Positions 6,722-12,437 of a DNA stretch of 64,000 nucleotides are shown here, piece after piece. The position numbers were made by a program, and so were the translations under genes. The DNA is from a virus: the IMG/VR virus record IMGVR_UViG_3300027917_000040, positions 1 through 64,000 of that record; one strand, given 5' to 3'. Position 1 is the first letter of the stretch. Each line of letters starts with the position of its first letter. A model generated the notes under the pieces. The model had not been told where the DNA came from. It saw only the letters and a list, made by a program, of their open reading frames with translations, and made no database searches.

Positions 6722-6803
6722 CGGATTGTGAACAAACAGGGGCATCCGCCACGGGTGCCCCACCCCAGTCGCTACAATGATCGAGTCAACACGCCACCGC
6801 ATC
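6715..6803 (+). promoter_or_regulatory. Class-2 promoter cassette: ACTGTGACGGATTGTGAA, hairpin GGGGCATCC-GCCAC-GGGTGCCCC (6739-6761), TACAAT (6773)
   Basis: Repeated box and leader; the box supplies the TGA of the upstream gene. Confidence 0.7.
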
Positions 6804-7094
6804 ATGACCACCACCACCGCCCCCGTGTTCCGCACCTTTACCCGCGAGGAGTCTTCCGCTATCTACAACCTGCACATCGAGCAGGGCAACATCATCACCG
6901 GGATGCCCGGATTCGTGGAGGTTATCTATCAGTCCAACACTGAGAAGGCATACGGATTCACCGCAAATCCTGAGTTTGTGATGGATCTTATTGAGATCAT
7001 CTCCTGGACTGATTGCAAGGGAATCTCTCTGGGTCGTTTGATTCACCAAGCGAAACAGAATGGCAACCTTGAATCTATCGAATCCGCAGAGTGA
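6804..7094 (+). CDS. KTSC-like protein (96 aa), paralog of 744-989
   Basis: SSAIYNL..VEVIYQSNTEKAYGF..SLGRLIHQAKQNGNL aligns with 744-989. Confidence 0.65.
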   Translation: MTTTTAPVFRTFTREESSAIYNLHIEQGNIITGMPGFVEVIYQSNTEKAYGFTANPEFVMDLIEIISWTDCKGISLGRLIHQAKQNGNLESIESAE

Positions 7095-7107
7095 GTTAGG
7101 TATACTT

Positions 7108-7130
7108 AGGGGGCACACATTGCCCCCTTT
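7108..7130 (+). terminator. Intrinsic terminator AGGGGGCA-CACAT-TGCCCCCT-TT ending the early island
   Basis: Perfect 8-bp stem followed by a pyrimidine tail. Confidence 0.7.
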
Positions 7131-7140
7131 CCTTACACCT

Positions 7141-7204
7141 ATAAGCAATTCTGATCGATCAGCAGTCCTTATCGGTCGTATTCTTACCGATAAGCAGTTC
7201 TTAT
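7141..7204. repeat. Tandem palindromic boxes ATAAG-N5-CTTAT (7141, 7158, 7190; degenerate copy near 7174)
   Basis: ATAAGCAATTCTGAT, ATCAGCAGTCCTTAT, ATAAGCAGTTCTTAT. Confidence 0.75.
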
Positions 7205-7358
7205 GGGTGTGCCGGTTCGCCGCCCGGCGGGCGTAACGAAAAAAGATGGGTCCTTCTAACCTACAAATCTTGTCCTTTGAGAGATATATAACAAACGCTA
7301 TATTATTTTGAAAATGAAATACATCGGACCTGTAAAAATTTCCCGCAATAAAAAATAT

Positions 7359-7541
7359 ATGAAAACCCCCTATTGGAACATATATCGTGCAGTTTTTGCA
7401 GGATGGTTAATAAGATACCCAAGGAACATATTAAGATACATATTAATTCTCATATTTCTCTTATGGATCGCCCCCCTGCCCTGGAAATTTCTCATAATAT
7501 TTCTGACACTCCTCATAATAATCGATAAGAAAAGAAGATAA
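7359..7541 (+). CDS. Small membrane protein (MKTPYWN..AGWLIRYP)
   Basis: Hydrophobic C-terminal segments ending in KKRR. Confidence 0.65.
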   Translation: MKTPYWNIYRAVFAGWLIRYPRNILRYILILIFLLWIAPLPWKFLIIFLTLLIIIDKKRR

Positions 7542-7565
7542 ATATGGCAGTGACTCGCATTGTGC

Positions 7566-7766
7566 ATGAATGAAACCAAGATTTATCACATATATTTAAA
7601 AGATAGGTGTGTATATCATAATCTACCAGAAGAAGAATTTAAGAATTATTGGGATAATTTGAAGTATCTCACAGATCTTATAGGGGGTAATAATTACAAG
7701 GTTTCTGATTTATCTTATGAGGAACTCACAGTAAATAAGAAAGCGGCGGCAGAATCGTCACACTGA
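7566..7766 (+). CDS. Cyanophage hypothetical protein (KIYHIYLKD motif)
   Basis: ORF track; late-promoter-like ATAAATA near 7538. Confidence 0.7.
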   Translation: MNETKIYHIYLKDRCVYHNLPEEEFKNYWDNLKYLTDLIGGNNYKVSDLSYEELTVNKKAAAESSH

Positions 7767-7767
7767 C

Positions 7768-7796
7768 TTGACCGTTATCATAAAGTGTATTAAAAT
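7768..7796 (+). promoter_or_regulatory. Sigma70-type promoter TTGACC-17-TAAAAT without an upstream box
   Basis: Near-consensus hexamers with a 17-bp spacer. Confidence 0.7.
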
Positions 7797-7819
7797 AACA
7801 TTGAAGGTTTGAAAGAATT

Positions 7820-8728
7820 ATGGCAAAAGGATTTACAGTAAAAGCAAACCCCCCGAAGGTGGGTGGAGGAATTACCCAGTCTACTCAAGAGTGGGATTAT
7901 GCAAAGATCAAAGAGAGAATGAGAGGAAAGGCGATTGTCTTCTGCTTACCTGGCAGAGGATGTTCGTTTCAATTTCTCAAATCATTCGTACAACTTTGCT
8001 TCGATCTTGTGCAAAATGGGATGAACATTCAGATCTCACAAGATTACAGTTCAATGGTAAACTTCGCAAGATGTAAATGTCTTGGTGCGAATGTTCTGCG
8101 AGGACCTGATCAGATTCCGTGGGACGGTAAGTTACCTTATGATTATCAACTGTGGATTGACAGTGATATTGTGTTTGACACTAATAAGTTTTGGCAATTA
8201 TGTGATCTTGCATTCCCAGAGGACGCAGTGATTTATAGGGAAGAAGAAGGAGAAAACGGAGAAATTGAGAAGAAAGCAGTATTCATTGAAAAGCAAGATT
8301 TGAATGGAAATGTAATTGCCCGTAGTCTCAAAGCAGATCCAGAGAAGGACCGCCCTATTGCTGCTGGTTGGTATTGCACGGAAGACGGTAGGACAACTTC
8401 TGTGGCACATTGGTTAGATGAGGATGACTTCCGTAATAATGGTGGAGTCATGAATCATGAGATGGTTGATGGTATCAGTAAGCGTCGTAAACCATTTACA
8501 GTTGATTATACTGGATTTGGTTGGGTTATGATTAAGAACGGTGTCTTTGAGCATGAGGAAATGAAGTATCCATGGTTTGCTCCTAAGATGCAAGTCTTTG
8601 AGTCTGGTGCCGTACAAGATATGTGTGGAGAAGACGTATCGTTCTGTCTTGATGCCAAGGAAGCAGGTATGGAAATCTGGTGTGATCCTCGGATTCGTGT
8701 TGGACATGAGAAGACCAGGGTGATCTGA
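7820..8728 (+). CDS. Conserved cyanophage glycosyltransferase-like protein (GT-A fold)
   Basis: LWIDSDI DxD motif, GFGWVMI, GEDVSFC, and D..I.VGH motifs. Confidence 0.75.
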   Translation: MAKGFTVKANPPKVGGGITQSTQEWDYAKIKERMRGKAIVFCLPGRGCSFQFLKSFVQLCFDLVQNGMNIQISQDYSSMVNFARCKCLGANVLRGPDQIPWDGKLPYDYQLWIDSDIVFDTNKFWQLCDLAFPEDAVIYREEEGENGEIEKKAVFIEKQDLNGNVIARSLKADPEKDRPIAAGWYCTEDGRTTSVAHWLDEDDFRNNGGVMNHEMVDGISKRRKPFTVDYTGFGWVMIKNGVFEHEEMKYPWFAPKMQVFESGAVQDMCGEDVSFCLDAKEAGMEIWCDPRIRVGHEKTRVI

Positions 8729-8883
8729 TGGCAAAGTTCAACATCGTATATGACGGGGAGATTCTTTACAAAGCGATCTCTTATGAGAAATCTACAGAGA
8801 TACTTGACGAACTGGCAGAAAAGTTTTATAATGATGGAGAGTTCAATCCAGAACTCCTTGAACTAGAAGAGGTAACTGATTAA
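8728..8883 (+). CDS. Small acidic protein (51 aa, MAKFNIVYDGEILY...)
   Basis: Translated by hand; TGATG and TAATG overlaps on either side. Confidence 0.75.
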   Translation: MAKFNIVYDGEILYKAISYEKSTEILDELAEKFYNDGEFNPELLELEEVTD

Positions 8884-9029
8884 TGGCTGCGATTAAAAAA
8901 TCACTGCTTGGCACTGTATTCATCGAAAGTCAACCCAAAAAAACTCGACAGGGTTCTGGGCAACACACGAAGTATGCAGCATCTAGCAGAAACAAAGCTC
9001 GCAAACGCTATCGTGGGCAGGGTAAATAA
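8883..9029 (+). CDS. Small basic protein (48 aa, ...PKKTRQG..RNKARKRYRGQGK)
   Basis: Translated by hand; coupled start; followed by a terminator. Confidence 0.8.
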   Translation: MAAIKKSLLGTVFIESQPKKTRQGSGQHTKYAASSRNKARKRYRGQGK

Positions 9030-9045
9030 ATAACTCTACAAAGAT

Positions 9046-9071
9046 CCGGGGAGTAATCCCCGGTTTTTTTT
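9046..9071 (+). terminator. Intrinsic terminator CCGGGGA-GTAA-TCCCCGG-T8
   Basis: Perfect stem, GNRA loop and T8. Confidence 0.9.
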
Positions 9072-9120
9072 GTGTCTTATGAGATATTATGAGATCTTAT
9101 GGAAACTTATGAGATATTAT
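9071..9120. repeat. Five tandem 10-bp repeats, consensus GAGATMTTAT
   Basis: tgtgtcttat gagatattat gagatcttat ggaaacttat gagatattat. Confidence 0.85.
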
Positions 9121-9174
9121 AAAATACGCTTTTAACGCTACTCTATGGAAAAAATCCGTTAAACTCTAAGTGCT

Positions 9175-9756
9175 ATGAAAGAATGGGAAGATTTACACAT
9201 TGATGACTTTTGGGTTTATAATAAACTGATTGTCGCCAAGAAAAATGGATACATTTGTGGTCCTGTAGGAGTTCCTGTCCCAAGTCCTGGGTATTATATC
9301 GTCAGACCCATGGTAAACCTTCTTGGAATGGGCATAAACGCACGTATAGAGTGGATTGAATCTGACACTGAGCACTACCATCCTGCAGAATTTTGGTGTG
9401 AAGTCCTTTCAGGTGAGCACATTAGTGTCGATTTTTACAAAAAAGACCCAAAATTAGTCGTCAGAGGAATAAGAGACCCTGATGATCCTCTATATAAATG
9501 GAAGAGGTGGGAAAAAATTGAGAAAAAAGTTGGATTTCCATCAATTTTAACAGAATTGAAAGGCAGTTATGACTGGATTAATTGTGAATTCATAGAAAAT
9601 CGTTTAATTGAAGTGCATTTTAGGCAAAATCCTGACTTTAGGCATGGAAATAGCATTGCAATTCCAGTTTGGAAAGGTGATAGACCCCAAAAAATAGAAA
9701 ATTATACCTTTGTTGAAGATAAAGACTACTTAAGAAGAGGATTTTTTGTCGATTAA
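9175..9756 (+). CDS. ATP-grasp-like cyanophage protein
   Basis: YIVRP..NL.GMG, FWCE..GEH.SVD and N.EFI..LIEVHFR motifs resemble ATP-grasp subdomains. Confidence 0.55.
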   Translation: MKEWEDLHIDDFWVYNKLIVAKKNGYICGPVGVPVPSPGYYIVRPMVNLLGMGINARIEWIESDTEHYHPAEFWCEVLSGEHISVDFYKKDPKLVVRGIRDPDDPLYKWKRWEKIEKKVGFPSILTELKGSYDWINCEFIENRLIEVHFRQNPDFRHGNSIAIPVWKGDRPQKIENYTFVEDKDYLRRGFFVD

Positions 9757-9806
9757 CGGGATAGAAACCCCGTAAAAAGTTCTGATTTTACAAAATCAGG
9801 AGAAAA

Positions 9807-10091
9807 ATGGCAAATTCACCAGTAGATCGTAATGTAAATATTATGAAAAATGAATTTGGCACGAACAAACTAGTAACAGACTATGGTTGGGAGGCAAAAA
9901 TGGAAGCAAATCATGATTTTTTGGATAACTTGGCAAATCATCAGCATCAAATCCTTTTGAGAGAGCTAGATTATGAAAAAAATCGTAAAAATTTGGATAA
10001 ATTCAAAAAAACTAACGATTTACATGAGAAAATTCGTAATGATGAAGATTATGATGATTGGGAATATGGCACAGAGCCACTTTTTGGGTGA
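9807..10091 (+). CDS. Cyanophage hypothetical protein (94 aa)
   Basis: AGGAG SD; ORF track. Confidence 0.75.
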   Translation: MANSPVDRNVNIMKNEFGTNKLVTDYGWEAKMEANHDFLDNLANHQHQILLRELDYEKNRKNLDKFKKTNDLHEKIRNDEDYDDWEYGTEPLFG

Positions 10092-10106
10092 ATATCTTAA
10101 AAGTTT

Positions 10107-10114
10107 ACTAAATA
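10107..10114 (+). promoter_or_regulatory. T4-type late promoter (ACTAAATA)
   Basis: Variant of TATAAATA upstream of gp25. Confidence 0.55.
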
Positions 10115-10138
10115 ACGTAAGAATATCAGTATAGTTAA

Positions 10139-10540
10139 ATGCCGCTAGAGAGGATAAGTAAAAATTTTAAAGATATTAGTATGACCTTTAAATCAAGTCC
10201 TATTAATGGTGATATTTTGACTCTTAAAGACGCGGCGGCTATTGCAAGAGCTGTTAGGAACCTTGTTTCCACTTATCCGGGAGAAAGATTTTTTTCTCCC
10301 AATCTTGGAACTGATGTTCACCGAGTAACTTTTGAACAATTTGACCTTATAACAGCAAATGAGATTAAATCTCAGATTGAATCGACTCTAGAAATTTATG
10401 AACCTAGAATAAAGGTAATTGAAGTTGATGTTGCAAATGATTATGAAAATTTAGAGTTTAATGTAACCATAAGTTACCAAATAATTGGTCTTCAAGAAGA
10501 ACCAATAACAGTATCATTTGCACTTCAGCCAAATCGATAA
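10139..10540 (+). CDS. gp25: Baseplate wedge subunit gp25
   Basis: AI..AV.NL..T.PGERFF.P..G and YEPRI motifs; position before gp6. Confidence 0.92.
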   Translation: MPLERISKNFKDISMTFKSSPINGDILTLKDAAAIARAVRNLVSTYPGERFFSPNLGTDVHRVTFEQFDLITANEIKSQIESTLEIYEPRIKVIEVDVANDYENLEFNVTISYQIIGLQEEPITVSFALQPNR

Positions 10541-12436
10541 ATGGCATTAGTAAATTTTTCCAATTTAGACTTTGATCAGATAAAAACTTCGATTAAAGAT
10601 TATTTAAGATCTAACTCAGAATTTACTGACTACGATTTTGAAGGATCTGCTTTATCCACAGTTATTGACATTCTTGCTTATAACACTTATATTAGTTCAT
10701 ACAATGCTAACATGGTTAGCAATGAAGTTTTTATTGACAGTGCAACTTTAAGAGAAAATATTGTTTCTTTGGCGAGAAATATTGGTTATGTACCAAGATC
10801 AAGAACTTGCTCTAGAGCAATCATCTCTTTTTCTGTGGATACATCAAGTTTGGCTGAACGTCCAATTACTTTAAACCTTAAAAAGGGATTGTGTGCAACC
10901 GGAGGAGGTTATTCTTTTAACACTCTAGAAGATGTTTTAGTTCCTGTTATTAACAATACTGCAAATTTTAAAGAAATTGAAATAGTAGAAGGAACTCAAA
11001 TTACACAAACGTTTACAGTAAATGCCAATAATCCAGAACAAAAATTTATTTTGGATAATGAAAATATAGATACATCAACAATTAGAGTTACAGTAAGAGA
11101 GGGAGAAACTAGTACAGTAACTAGAAGATATAATGTAGCAGATAGTTTATTCAATATAACAAAAAACTCTAAAGTATTTTTTATTCAAGAAATATCAGAC
11201 CAAAGATATGAACTTATTTTTGGTGATGGTGTATTTGGTTCAAAATTAGAAAATCTTAGTATTGTAGAAGTAGATTACTGCATATCAAATGGACCAGATA
11301 CTAATGGTGTTAATACATTTAATTATGCTGGTAGAACTTTTACTAATAATGATGAAATTATCACATCTGGATTTTCTATCATTTCGACAAATTCATCATC
11401 TAGGAATGCAAAAGAAATAGAGAGTGTAAACTCAATTCGTAAATATGCACCAAGAGTTTATGCTTCTCAATATAGAGCGGTAACTGCAACGGACTATGAA
11501 TCATTAGTACCACAAATTTATGCAGAAACTGAGTCTTTGTCAGTTTTTGGAGGAGAGACTTTAGATCCTCCTCAATATGGGAAAGTTTTTATAACTATAA
11601 AGCCTTTAAACGGTCAGTTTATTCCAAATTCAGTAAAAACAAATATTATAAATCAACTTCGCAGATATACTGTTGCTGGCATTGTTGTTGAAATTTTAGA
11701 TCTTAAATATCTTTATGTTGAATTTATATCAAATGTATATTACAATAGGTCAGAAGTTTCATCTACTTCCGGATTATTATCTGCTGTTGGAAATAGATTG
11801 AATACATATGCTAACTCTAGTGAACTCAATCAATATGGTGCTAGATTTAAATATAGCAAATTTTTAAATGTAATAGATACCTCAGATAGATCAATCACAT
11901 CAAATGTAACCAGCATTGTAATTAGAAGAGATATTAGAGCAGCATTAAATGAATTTGCCGGTTACGAGATCTGCTTTGGAAACCAATTTTTTATAGAATC
12001 TAAAGACGGATACAACTTAAAGTCATCTGGTTTTAAAGTTTCTGGAATTTCAAATACTGTTTATATTACGGATATACCAAATTCGGATTTAAAAAAAGGA
12101 AAATTAATATTATTTAAAATATCGGAAAGTAATAATGTAGTTATTGTTAGAAAAAACGTAGGGGAAATTGATTATATTAAAGGTGAGATCCTTTTATATC
12201 CAATAAATATTATTCAAACCAGTAAAGTAGTTGACAGTGAAAATCTTATAGAATTGTCTATAAGACCAAGATCCAATGATATTATCGCACTGCAAGATTT
12301 GTATTTACAACTTGATGTAGCTTCTTCAACAATTAATTTAATACCAGATACAATTTCTTCTGGTTCTGATACTTCTGGGACCATATTCAAAACATCATCC
12401 AGTTATACCGATAACAGCAAGTTAATAAGAAATTAA
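10541..12436 (+). CDS. gp6: Baseplate wedge subunit gp6
   Basis: LDFDQIK, DYDFEGS, FGDG.FG and RAVTA.DY motifs. Confidence 0.95.
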   Translation: MALVNFSNLDFDQIKTSIKDYLRSNSEFTDYDFEGSALSTVIDILAYNTYISSYNANMVSNEVFIDSATLRENIVSLARNIGYVPRSRTCSRAIISFSVDTSSLAERPITLNLKKGLCATGGGYSFNTLEDVLVPVINNTANFKEIEIVEGTQITQTFTVNANNPEQKFILDNENIDTSTIRVTVREGETSTVTRRYNVADSLFNITKNSKVFFIQEISDQRYELIFGDGVFGSKLENLSIVEVDYCISNGPDTNGVNTFNYAGRTFTNNDEIITSGFSIISTNSSSRNAKEIESVNSIRKYAPRVYASQYRAVTATDYESLVPQIYAETESLSVFGGETLDPPQYGKVFITIKPLNGQFIPNSVKTNIINQLRRYTVAGIVVEILDLKYLYVEFISNVYYNRSEVSSTSGLLSAVGNRLNTYANSSELNQYGARFKYSKFLNVIDTSDRSITSNVTSIVIRRDIRAALNEFAGYEICFGNQFFIESKDGYNLKSSGFKVSGISNTVYITDIPNSDLKKGKLILFKISESNNVVIVRKNVGEIDYIKGEILLYPINIIQTSKVVDSENLIELSIRPRSNDIIALQDLYLQLDVASSTINLIPDTISSGSDTSGTIFKTSSSYTDNSKLIRN

Positions 12437-12437
12437 T

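Noticed and set aside
1003-6761. Island GC hairpins as intrinsic terminators
   Set aside because: They lack the U-tracts seen in the clear terminators at 3368, 9046 and 58175.
141-6803. Repeat-spacer pattern as a CRISPR array
   Set aside because: The repeats are degenerate promoter modules, the 'spacers' are 150-750 bp genes, and there are no cas genes.
141-6803. Classical integron attC cassette array
   Set aside because: No consistent RYYYAAC/GTTRRRY ends and no integrase in the window, and each unit has its own promoter. Only the analogy is retained.
4502-6835. Long minus-strand ORFs (4502-5317, 6107-6835 and others)
   Set aside because: Shadow ORFs of GC-rich plus-strand genes with no promoter or recognisable motifs.
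5676-6943. GTG-start ORFs beginning MNKRGI/MNKQG (5676, 6047, 6728)
   Set aside because: They are translations of the repeated GTGAACAAAC promoter box; the real starts lie downstream of the -10.
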